Source of the DNA: Balanoglossus misakiensis
Taxonomy: Eukaryota; Animalia; Hemichordata
Length of the DNA: 64,000 bases
Reading direction: 5' to 3'
NCBI GenBank assembly: GCA_040954595.2
Contig: CM082578.2
Span: forward strand, 463,740-527,739
Positions 27,906 through 38,639 of the stretch are shown here, one piece after another. Within the stretch, counting starts at the first letter, position 1. Each line of letters starts with the position of its first letter. Position numbers and translations under genes: made by a program. The notes beneath the pieces are model-generated. The model had not been told where the DNA came from. It did not search any database and saw nothing but the letters and a program-made list of their open reading frames with translations.

Positions 27906-29658
27906 CTGCATCACCCCAATATGTAATAATTAACCCAATATGTAATACTAACCCAATATGTAATAACACTTAACCCAATATGTAACACTAACCCTATATG
28001 TAATAAACGTTAACCCAATATGTAATAACACCTTAACCCAATATGTAATAACACTGCCCTAATGTATTTTAATGCTAAGCTAAATGAAATACACCAAATC
28101 AATATTAAATTATACCTGTATATGAATTGGAATCCTTACTAAACATTTTTGAAACTTAAATCAATGTTTTTCATTAACCCAATATGTAATAACGGTGGCT
28201 TGTATTTTTTATACGAAGGGGGGGGGGGGTATATTTGTCTTTCTGGGAAAAGACCATAATGTTATTTCATCTATTTTCAATAGAGGTGGTGATAGAGGGG
28301 GAAACCCTATTGATTAACATACTTCCCGCTTAACTCAACGAATTACTTGCAAGTTCCGGTAGCATTTGATAGTCCTCGTAAAGTTAACATAGTGATAGAT
28401 TTACCTAACCTTTACTTCCATATGAAATCAAGGTAAAATTTTGCTGTTTGAACCTCTAGCTTTATGCTATATTTCGCAAAACTATTACTATCGGCTGTTA
28501 GTATACGGATCCACCCACTAGGGGACTGCAACCACCGGGCTAATTCGCCACATTTGTCCTGTATCACCCGAGGTGGGGAGGCCACGGGGGTACGCTGGGG
28601 TTTAGAAAATTTTGTAAAATAAAGGGTGCGAAACTGCATTTTGTGGACTCAAAAGCACAAGTTTTGTGGCATAAGTACGTGAACCCCCTAAACGTTTTTT
28701 TTTTTTTTTTAAAGATGACCCCCCCCCGCTTTTGGACTTCAAAATTAAGAAAGGTATACTTGACGCGTAAGGCATTCAATATAAGTATCTGTTTCACTTT
28801 TGACGGGCAAGTAGTGTGCACGGATGGTAAAGTGTAACCCCCCTTGTCCCCATCTGTACAAGTGAGGGTTGAAGTGTCCTGATGTATATGGCTTCATTAA
28901 TACATCAGATTCTCTGTCTAAAATTTGGAAATTTTCCATGTCAATTATGTGTCCTGGGTATTCTCTGTATATGTCTGGGAGCTTCCATCTGAGACAATAT
29001 TTTGATGTCACACATGCGTACACAACTTGATTTCACTACTTTTATAAAGACTTGAGTTTTACTTCAACTCTATTGGGTTAATATTACATATTCAAACACA
29101 TTAGGGCAGTGTTATTACATATTGGTTAAAGTGTTATTACATATTGGGTTAGTATTACATATTGGGTTAAGGTGTTCTTACATATTGGGTTAGTATTACA
29201 TATTGGGTTAAAGTGTTATTACATATTGAGTTAGTGCTACATATTGGTTTAAGTGGTATTACATATTGGGTTAGTGTTACATATTGTGTTTAAGTTTATT
29301 GCATACAGGGTTAAAGTTTATTACATATAGGGTTAACTAATAACGTTTTTTTCATGTAGAATTAACGTTATTTCATGTAGAAATAAAGTTTATTAGATAT
29401 AGGGTTAACTAATAACGTATTTTTTCATGTAGAATTAACGTTATTTCATGTAAAATTCAAGTCTATAACATATAGTGTTAACGCTTATTACATATGCAGC
29501 TAGCTGATAACGTTTATTACATGTAGAATTAGAGTTTATTACATATTGGGTTAAGTGTTATTACAAATTGGGTTAGTATTACATATTGGTTTAAGTGTTA
29601 TTACATATTGGGTTAGTATTACACATTGGGTTAATTATTACATATTGGGGTAATACAG
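27906..29658. mobile_element. Non-autonomous TIR DNA transposon with tandem subterminal repeats
   Basis: Left end CTGCATCACCCCAATATGTAATAATTAACCCAAT matches the reverse complement of the right end (CTGTATTACCCCAATATGTAATAATTAACCCAAT). Arrays of TAACCCAATATGTAA lie inside both ends in inverted orientation. No TSD. Confidence 0.8.
28840..28990 (-). pseudogene. Degenerate C-terminal (GIY-YIG tail) remnant of a Penelope-like ORF
   Basis: GHIIDMENFQILDRES followed, after a frameshift, by EAIYIRTLQPSL, resembling Penelope-like C-termini. Confidence 0.55.
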
Positions 29659-31380
29659 ACGCAGAGGTCGAGGAAAGGCAATTTCTTATCTGATTCTGGT
29701 TCTATGGTGAATTGAATATGAGGATCTATACTGTTTATATGTTGTGTCAGTGAGTCTACCGCCTGTTCATCTGTATTCACAAAGGTGTCATCCACGTATC
29801 GCAGCCACAATGATGGTGGGTAGGGGGCTGTGGAGATAGCACGGTCTTCAAAGTACTCCATGTATAAGTTCGCTACAATGGGTGACACTGGTGACCCCAT
29901 TGCAGCTCCATGGGTTTGTTGGTAAAATGTCCCATCATACACAAAATACGTGGTTTTCAGACAGAACTCCAATAACTTGGTTATTTGTTCTACAGTGAGT
30001 TCTGATCGGTTGCTGAGGGTGTCATCTGTCTTGAGTTTGTTTTGAGTGACTTCTAGTGCTTGGTCTACTGGGACAATAGTGAACAAGGCTGTGACATCAT
30101 AGGAGACCAGTTTTTGGCCAGGTGAAATTCGCAGATCTTTCAGCTTGTCTACCAGTTCTTTACTGTTTTTAATACTGTGTACTGTGTTACTGACAAGTGG
30201 TGTAAGGACTTCAGCTAGATGGCGCGCAACGTTGTAAGTGATGCTGCCACAGGTAGACACAATGGGTCGAAGTGGTGCGTCTGGTTTGTGTATTTTTGGT
30301 GTTCCGTACAGTTTGGGTGCTTCTTCAGAGTTGGGGTACAGTTTCCAGTATAGTTTGTCACTAATGTTGCCTTCTTTCCTGATATCTCTCAACATGTTAA
30401 CTAATTTGGTCTTGTATCTGGAAGTGGGATCTTTCTTTAGTGTCTTATAGGTGTTGTTGTCAGACAATAGAGTGTTAATTTTCTTTTTATAGTCAGCCAT
30501 GTTCATCAACACTGTTGCCCTGCCTTTGTCAGCTGGTAGTACAATGATGGACTCGTCTTTACGTAATATTTGTATGGCATGTCGCTCTTCCTTCGTTATG
30601 TTGGATTTGGATATTTTGGCCCGCTTTACTACTCGTACCACTTCACTTCTCAACTCAGCTGCTTTGGTTTCTGAGAGCTTACTGCATACTGTCTCTGTAC
30701 CAGCGATGATCTCAGCAACTGGTACCTCGGTTGGTGTTATCGCAAAGTTCAGTCCCTTTTTCAGAATGGAGATTTCATTAGCATTTAGCTGTCTGTTGCT
30801 CAGATTGACTACCCATCTATCTGTGTTTACACTGGTGTTACTCACTGTGTGCTTCTCTTGTTTCTTTTTCCTCAGGTTTTCAAACTTGACCATTTGTCTA
30901 GCTTTAGTGTCTTCATAGGTGTTACGATGCACCGAGTCTAAGAGTCCCCACACCTCCACTTGTTCGTTGGAATTCAGGATGGCGTCAAGTTGCTTTTGAT
31001 GTTCATCTAGTTTGTCCCCCAGTTTTATGATGGTATATGTGCACTGGCGAATGCGGACATTAATGAGTTGTTTCTCAGCTTTGGCCACGATCTTGTCAGC
31101 TTGTTTTCCGGTAACGTTAGAGTTGAGCTTTATGCTGGTCGGCGTGATGTTTTGCCGAAAACAACGGACGTTGAACTTCTTGTGGTTTTCCCATCGTACG
31201 ATCTTTCCGCCTGTTGCTGAGACATCAACGCTGAATAATTAACACCATTGCGTGATCAAGCTCCGTTGTAGTCGGATCGAAACGTCGCACTGTTTCAAAA
31301 ATACTGTTCCAAAGTGACTATATTTCACTATCTACTTCGATTCTTGGAACCATGAACAATATATTTTCCATGAAGAGTAC
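29659..31380 (-). mobile_element. Penelope-like retroelement, 3'-truncated, with an inverted pLTR
   Basis: ORF from ~31210 to 29659 with VVNLS, LKKGLNFA, PADKG, PKLYGTPKIHK, LRPIVS, SYDVTALFT, GAAMGSPVSP, RYVDD and LPFLD. It is cut by the TIR element before the GIY-YIG domain. A hammerhead-bearing segment lies in the opposite orientation at ~31215-31380; that boundary is approximate. Confidence 0.9.
31241..31294 (+). ncRNA. Minimal type-I hammerhead ribozyme, G3:C8 variant
   Basis: AACA-CCAT-TGC GTGATCA A GCTCCG TTGTAGT CGGATC GAAA CG TC GCA-C-TGTT. Helix I, helix II (one mismatch) and a palindromic ACGT helix III are present; predicted cleavage after GUC at 31286. Confidence 0.72.
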
Positions 31381-32742
31381 ACAGTGGACAAATCCATTAT
31401 GGATGAAAGACGAACAGAATCTAACGCCTTTTGACGTAATTCAACTGTAGACTGTGAAGAAACAGAACCAGACGCATGTGAGGTCACTGAACAATCAGAG
31501 TCGGCTTCGCTATCAACAGCAACAGCAACTCGCTTGGAATCCTCCTCAGATTCATCGGAGGAAGCTGGACGCTTAGCAGAAAAAGTGGAAATCATTTCCA
31601 AAGATGAAAAGGATGACCTTGGACTAAAAAAATCCGAATTATGTTGCTGCCCTTCCTCGACCTCTATCGCAACACTTTGTACACTACCTGAAGTCTCTAC
31701 CTGGTCACCCTGACCAGGCGTAATTTCGTCTGAAAAAACAGAACACTCAGCACCTGGGACAGAATCTTCACAAACGTGCTCTGCAGACGACTGCCCCATA
31801 GCCGTATTGACCGCCGCCGCCACAATATCATCAACTATTTTATTTACCACTTCCGCGCTAGGGGACAGAGCGGCTTCCGACGTCGGTAGCCAAGACTTCG
31901 TCAGGGACACTCTATTGGCAAATGAAATTTCTAAACACATGGCCCTCCCCCCACAAACGGAACACTTCACATCAAAGGTACATTTATTCACATGGTGGCC
32001 CAACTGACCACACCGGAAGCAATTAATGTTACTACATTCCTTGGCCAGGTGCCCCACCTAGCCACATCTAACACAGGTACGTGGCTGTCCAGGATAGGAC
32101 AGCCACACGTTGCGCGTACCAATCCTGATCGTCGAAGGGATGTTTTTTTTCAACCGCACACGATACTGCCTCGTACCATTGTACACCGAAGGCTCCTCCC
32201 TGAAAACACACTTCCTGCCTGCCAGGACCGTCCCGTACCCAGACAAAATCCGCTGGACAAAATTGTCGTCCAACTCATTATCAATATACAAGGCAGTCAG
32301 CGTAACAACATCAGAACTATAAGTCTGAGTTTCGAACTCTTTCGCACCCCTCAAGACGTCTTCAAACTGACGTCTAAAAGACAATGTCCTAAACGTTACA
32401 TCTACACATCGACCCGGCAATCTTTGGACCGCCTGCAGATGGGTCTTTGCACACACACCCGCCTCACGCAATAACTCAAAAATCCTACCCGACCCACTCA
32501 CACCCTCCCGAAACTTCAACAACAAGGTGCGGTCTTTACGCACCATACTGAAGCGAAAATCAAAAAATCAAAAACGACAAAGAAAAATGAGAAGCTAAAA
32601 AAGAAGCAACTCACGCTCGCGTCCACCTGGCTGATACCAAAAGAAAAGAAGAAACGAAGCTCCACGAGGACGTCGAACGATGAAAAAACCACCTGTAGAA
32701 ATACTCTTCTTGGATTGGATATAACACACCAGTAACAACCAA
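31381..32742 (-). mobile_element. Tx1/L1-clade LINE 5' part (5'UTR and degenerate ORF1), Keno-like U2-associated element
   Basis: ORF1 from 32546 downward with NGTRQYRV, YPGQPRTC and CCHC knuckles (CxxCGxxGH). Internal TAG at 32058-32060. ORF2 absent. 5' end joined directly to U2 nt 1-29. Confidence 0.82.
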
Positions 32743-32771
32743 TGATCTTAGCCAAAAGGCCGAGAAGCGAT
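32743..32771 (-). ncRNA. U2: U2 snRNA 5' fragment (nt 1-29), interrupted
   Basis: Minus strand reads ATCGCTTCTCGGCCTTTTGGCTAAGATCA, matching the conserved metazoan U2 5' end. Confidence 0.92.
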
Positions 32772-32816
32772 ACTGGCCGTCGGGCCGGAACTCTGGACGG
32801 TATCAAGCTCAACAAA

Positions 32817-32832
32817 ACTTTATGTATGGTTT
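32817..32832 (-). promoter_or_regulatory. Candidate proximal sequence element (PSE) of the U2 gene
   Basis: AAACCATACATAAAGT at -61 to -46 from the U2 start, with PSE-like position and ACC...AAAGT pattern. Confidence 0.45.
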
Positions 32833-33221
32833 GGTCGATAGGTTGCTCATTAATCAAGGTCGCATGTTTTATATTTTTACTATCTACACTGCGTAGTGAT
32901 TGGTTGAGTGAATATGAATATTCATAGGATACCTATATATAATTGGAGTGCGCATACACCCAGCTGTCACATCACATCGAACGGTGCATGGATAACTAGA
33001 GAGCAGACCCTACTCCTCGCGGTACAGCATGCAGTCTACTTCACAACCTGTAGTGCAGGGTACTTCACAACTACAAGCACAGTAGCCAAAACCTCTGCAA
33101 AAGGGTGGTAACCAACTACCAAGACGTGTGAGTGTACCAAGCGGTGTAATGGGTTCTGTGTCGGGTTCTACCTCTCAGGCAACTTGGCCTACCCAGGCTG
33201 CTGAGTTGAGACCGCCACCTC

Positions 33222-34285
33222 AAAACAAGGCGGTAAGTTGTTTTTCTGTGTTTGCAGTGCGATATTTATTCATATGAATTTTGTCATAGTGTACTTCAAG
33301 TTGAGTATGAAGATTTGGAAAAAGCGGTTTGGTTAGCTTTTGTACATGTGTGTTGGTACAAAAATTATGCAATAATTTACGGTAAGTATTTGAAAGGAAA
33401 TCTGTGACGAGTTTATGACTTGTGAATAGGTGATTACACAGGTGTGTACGTTTTCTGTATTGAAGTGGTTTGTCCTGTTGAGAGACATGAAGTATATAAG
33501 TTTTTGATATAATTAGTTTTGGGGTGTCCAGTGGGAGACACGCGTACGTATGCTTCATGATGAAAGTTGACACGTGTTTTGAATACTGAAATAGGGTGTC
33601 CAGTGGAAGACACGTAAGTTTTTGTGATAAAATATGACACGTGTCTTGAATACTGAAATTGCGTGTCCAGTGGGAGACACGTAAGTGTTTGTGATAAAAT
33701 TTGACACGTGTTTTGAATACTGAAATTGGGTGTCCAGTGGGGAGACACGTAAGTTTTTTGTGATAAAATTTGACACGTGTTTTGAATACTGAAATTGGGT
33801 GTCCAGTGGGAGACACGTAAGTTTTTTGTGATAAAATTTGACACGTGTTTTGAATATTGAATTTGGGTGTCCAGTGGGAGACACGTAATTTTTTTTGTGT
33901 CCCATGAGAGACATGTGATTGGCCGATTACATAGGTATGCATATTGAAGTAGGATGTGTCCTGTTGAGAGACATGTAAATTTTTATGCGTGGATTTTGTT
34001 TGAGTATTTATGTGATTCACATAGTGATTGGCTGATTATACAGGTGTGCGTAGTTGTATGGGATTGTCCTATTGAGAGACATGTAATATTTGACGAGTGA
34101 TGAATTATGTATGAATACTGGGCAAAGGTGTTTCAATGGGAAACATGTGATATAGTAATGATTATTTGATTATGCAGTTGTGCATGTGTGAAATTTGTTT
34201 TCTTTCCGGATGTTTATTTGATGTTATTATTTCGATAGCCCTTAGGTATAGTCAGCTCACTAAATGCTGGCTTGCCTTAAAAAAA
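33222..34285 (-). mobile_element. Probable non-autonomous Helentron (HINE-like) carrying ~67-bp tandem repeats
   Basis: Six copies of GTGTCCAGTGGGAGACACG...GACACGTGTTTTGAATACTGAAAT at 33522-33890 plus diverged flanking copies. T-run and hairpin at one end, ...CCTTGTTTT at the other. The tandem repeat is certain; the Helentron call is tentative. Confidence 0.5.
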
Positions 34286-34287
34286 GG

Positions 34288-34708
34288 GCCTTGGGCCAGA
34301 GAGAAATAAAATCTTGTTCATCGGATTTTTTGGACCAAGGTCCAGGAGCGGCGAGCGAATATTTTTATTTTTATTTATTGTTTAGGCTGAAAGTAAATGC
34401 GGTTTTTGCACAGATGCAGAAAAGGCGAGATAATTGTTTCCCTTTTTACCAGAAATATCTCAGACAAAAAACACTGATACATGTACTTGTAACTGAATTC
34501 AATACTATATTTCCCAACAATAACATAGGCAATTAACTTTACAGTTGGTGTTTGCACAACATATTCTGGCCACCAGCGACAGTGACTAAGAATGTTGTAA
34601 CACGGAAGTAGAATATTTGCCGAGATCCCCCCCAAAAAAAATTCCAAATCATCCAAAGTAGAAGCGGCGATTCCGATGAACAATTTATTTTTTCTTCCTC
34701 GCCTTGGG
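34288..34708. mobile_element. MITE with imperfect ~30-bp TIRs
   Basis: GGCCAGAGAGAAATAAAATCTTGTTCATCGGA versus the reverse-complemented right end GGCGAGGAAGAAAAAATAAATTGTTCATCGGA. GCCTTGGG directly repeated at 34288-34295 and 34701-34708. Confidence 0.6.
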
Positions 34709-36049
34709 GGTTTAATTATAACCCCCTGGTTGTGTGTATTATGCTACTGTTATTTTCTTTATCGACAAAATTATTGATAGTATTTTCTCCCGTGGTTTTT
34801 CTTCTTAGTCTCTTAACCCGATGTCTGGTATGAGTGCATGGGAACGTAATGTGATTTTTGATCCAAGAGAGGCAATGAAAGACAGATTGCTTAGACAAGT
34901 TCGATGGACGGGATGGAAAGCCAGGCTCGCAAACACCCAGGTGTCACATCACATCGAATGGTGCATGGAAAACTCCCGCCCGCCCACCCAAAATCACTGT
35001 ACCGCGAGAAGTGGCAACCTGTTTTTCTTCCTCTCTGCGTAACACAAGGGTCCCCAACCAGGGGGTCCTTGACCATTCCAGTACTAAATCATACGAAAAC
35101 ATACTACGCAGTGGGGATAAGGAACCAATTATCTTTGTTTGTGGTATTACTGGCATTTTTTAGGGCCCAAGCGCACGCTAATTACACTTCGCAACGTAAA
35201 TGATTTCGTCTGAGGTGACAACCCATTTATGCAGCCGGTCTCCACAGCCCAATTAGCCAGGGACATTTGGGACATATGCGATAGATTTGTCCTTTTTCAA
35301 CTGTTCCGGCAGAGATTATTGGAGATTCTCCCTTGATGTGCCGAATAATTTTCTCAATTGGCCAAAAATTTGGAAGGTCAACATAACAACAGCCTTCCTC
35401 ATTGCTTCAAACTCTGGCTTCAGGTTGTAAAGCCGAAACATAGCATTGCTATGCGAATTTCGTAAATATAGTTAGCTCTATAATACAATGAGAGGACCAT
35501 TGCATCCACCGGTAGCACAAACATAATTGACATCTTGTCCTGAAAATGGTGCTGTTTGACGATTTCCCTTTCCAGCGTACCAGTCAGACCAAGTTAGCAC
35601 TGGCCGGACTGGCTTACCTTTTTGTATTTTTATTTACTGTTGGGTTCAATAGAGAGAACGATCAAGAGAATTAACAAATGGACTGCAGCCCTTCATGCGC
35701 GTCAATTTAGTTTAATGAGGACAAACCAGGATTTCACATGTATTTTAGATTTTATTTTATTTGAAATACTATTGCTTCACCCTTATCTCGTCCCCCATTT
35801 AATTTTTAATGTACTTACCATTATTTTGTTAACTTAAATGATTTTGATCTGAGAAAGGGACGTATACGTAATTACCATACATTATGTATTGCTACGCTCT
35901 CTGACATTGGGGCAAGAAGCAGATGTGTGTGCTGTACTCAACTGCAGACATCCTGGAAGCAAAACTCTGTGAACCCGTGGTGTTTACGAAAATAACATGT
36001 ATTTACATCAAGGCTTGATAAGAAAGATGACATTAAAATATGTAATAGA

Positions 36050-37047
36050 CAAATAAGTTACCATGGACGATTACGATTACCCAAAAAACTAAGCACGTGC
36101 CTAACTCGCCTTTGACAAATACAAACAAGTCATCCGCGAACGAGACTGGAAATGCAAATTTATGCAGATACAAATGGCTCCTCGATATCGAAGACTCGTG
36201 GAAAGACTCCTCCGACATGAATAGCTTGTTTATATTTACAGTAAAGGACAGTTTTGGTGTGATAGTCGTGACAGACACTAGTATTAGCGCTGTGTCTTCA
36301 TTCGCCACGTCGACGGTAGCAACACCATCGTCCGTTCGCACATGCTCGCTCAACTACATGCAGTCTCCTATTTTCCGGAGAGCAATGGCGACCTTGGCGG
36401 GTGAAGCGCGAAGATGTAGCAACATTTGGCATTTCTTTACTAGGACACGTGTACTCTGGGCACCGTACTCCTCACGGGATCTGATTCACTCAGATCAGTA
36501 CACGTCCTCTAGTGTTTAATGCCACATCATTTTTGAGTGCATATGTCTCGAATTGTACCAAATAAGTTAACATGGACGATTACATTGACACCCAACAAAC
36601 TAAGCACATGACTAACTCGCCTTTGACAATTACAAAAAAGTCACCCGCGAACGAGGCTGGAGGGCGTGGCTTTCTGGTATGCAAATGCAGATACAAATGG
36701 CTCCTCGAGAACGAAGACACGTCGAAACACTTCTCCGATGTAGTCTGTTTTTATATTTACTGTAAATGAGTTTTGGTGTGATAGTCGTTACAGACACTAT
36801 TATTAGCGCTGTGTCTTAATTCGCCTCACCGACGGTCGCAACACGACTTTCCGCTCGCACCAGTTCGCTCGACCACACTCCTATTTTCCAGAGAGCAATG
36901 GCGGGCGAAGCGCGAAGATGTAGCAACACTTGGCATTTCTCTACTAGTACACGTGTACTCTGGGCACCGTACTCCTCACGGGATCTGATTCACTTAGATC
37001 AGTACACGTCCTCTAGTGTTAATGCCACGTCATTTTTTGAGTGCATA
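36050..37047. repeat. Diverged tandem duplication of a ~0.5-kb unit ending in a branched hairpin
   Basis: 36050-36543 and 36559-37047 both start CAAATAAGTTA.CATGGACGATTAC and end GAGTGCATA. Confidence 0.9.
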
Positions 37048-37927
37048 GCTGGGATGAAATGACAGTTTATTATCAGTCGTTACAACACTACATGTGACCA
37101 GACTCTTTGTTCTCTTGGGACATTATCTATGATAATGCACTGGTACCAGTGCAATATCTGGATATTGCACTGCACCTGGCATAATAAGATTCACTACAAC
37201 AAACAAGATAGCTTTGACAGGAGGTGCTGCCTCCGGCGGGAAGAACTGCTTCCAGGTGCACACACTTGGCTCGTCCATCTTTCTTTGTCGTGATCTCTGC
37301 GCTGCAGGGCTCAACCTTTGGTTGGGGGTTCGTTTCTACCTCACACACGGATTCACCTGAAAGCTTGATTTTTTTCGACGTACCAAAACTTCCCTGAAGT
37401 GCCTACGCTGACGTACAATCGAACATTCCTGATCAATATAAAACTACAAATTTACAAGTTCCGAGGAAAATGACAGAAAAATGGTACTTACAGACTGAGG
37501 ATGTGCGCAATGGCGGCTGCAGGCCAGGAGAAAGGCACCCTTGATTTTCTGCAGGACACTTTCCATGACCGATGGTTTATGTACATTCTCTTCAATGAAG
37601 CTACCAAAATCTTGGAAAATCCAGTCCATATCGTAAAAGCTACGCCCTTCGCTTTCGCTTGGGTGTCGGAACGTGCTCCATGGGTAATGAAAAGCTCGTG
37701 CTCGTCGCTACTTTCGGCCATGGTGTTTGTCTGTCGAAGGTTGAGTTCCGAATGCTGATGGAAACGTGGCACTTCAATGACCACGTGACAAATGCCCTGG
37801 TTGACAAGTATCCAATCGAAATGAGTCATACACCAGGTGTATTTTGCGACGCTTGTGATTGGTTGATGTGGTTGAGAAGTTGTTTAGCATATATCAAGAT
37901 CACAGATGTTGCGACGTATTGTAAGCC

Positions 37928-38036
37928 GGATAATGTACTCGTGTCGTGCAATCGTTTAGATATTGAACGACACTCGGGCCTGCGGCCCTCGTGTCGTTCA
38001 ATATCTGAACGATTGCACTCCACTCGTACATTATCC
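37928..38036. repeat. Long fold-back palindrome (possible Crypton-type element end)
   Basis: GGATAATGTAC..GTGCAATCGTTTAGATATTGAACGACAC paired with GTGTCGTTCAATATCTGAACGATTGCAC..GTACATTATCC around a central GGGCCTGCGGCCC. Confidence 0.8.
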
Positions 38037-38134
38037 TTTACGTACACATGACATTTTCGGCCTATTTGAAGTGTGCACAAGTTTAATAAGCTTTATAGGA
38101 CCATCTAAGCTCTAAGTCACAATACAGAACTAGG

Positions 38135-38639
38135 TTTCGGCATGGCATACGATCAACTTAAGAGCTAGGGGTGGCCAGATAATGCGTTTTATTGACCCCT
38201 ACAGTACGGAACTAGGGGAGGGAATGGCATTTTATTATGAGTTGTAGAACTACGCAAGACATTGGCAGACATTTAACTAAACCGAGTACATGAGCATTAC
38301 AGTTGATTAGCCTAAACGTTTCAGTTCATAACTAGGAACATGGGCATGGTATTTTACTAACAGTTCAAGTACCAGTACAACCCTTGGGGTGGGAGTAACA
38401 GTTTATTAACAACTATAGAGAAGCAGGGAGGGCATGACATTTTTATTATTGGTAACTTATAGTACAAATTGAGTGTTGGACATGACATTTGACTAACAGT
38501 TATAGTACAGAACTAGGGGAAGGCATGGCATTTTACTAAAAAGCAAGGGATGTGCATGATATTGTACTTACCGTTAAGTATTACATGTAGTACAATGAGG
38601 GATTGTCATAACATTTTATTAACAGCAACAGTACAGAAC
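38135..38639. repeat. Degenerate ~43-48-bp tandem repeat
   Basis: Recurring GGCATG(G/A)CATTTTA(C/T)TAACAG..AGTAC motif near 38221, 38342, 38430, 38478, 38521, 38552 and 38606. Confidence 0.6.

Noticed and set aside
27906-29658. Interstitial telomeric repeats
   Set aside because: GGGTTA occurs once per ~20-bp unit in inverted arrays, not as (TTAGGG)n.
33522-33890. Array of iron-responsive elements (CAGTG loop)
   Set aside because: The loop is 8 nt, there is no bulged C, and there is no mRNA context.
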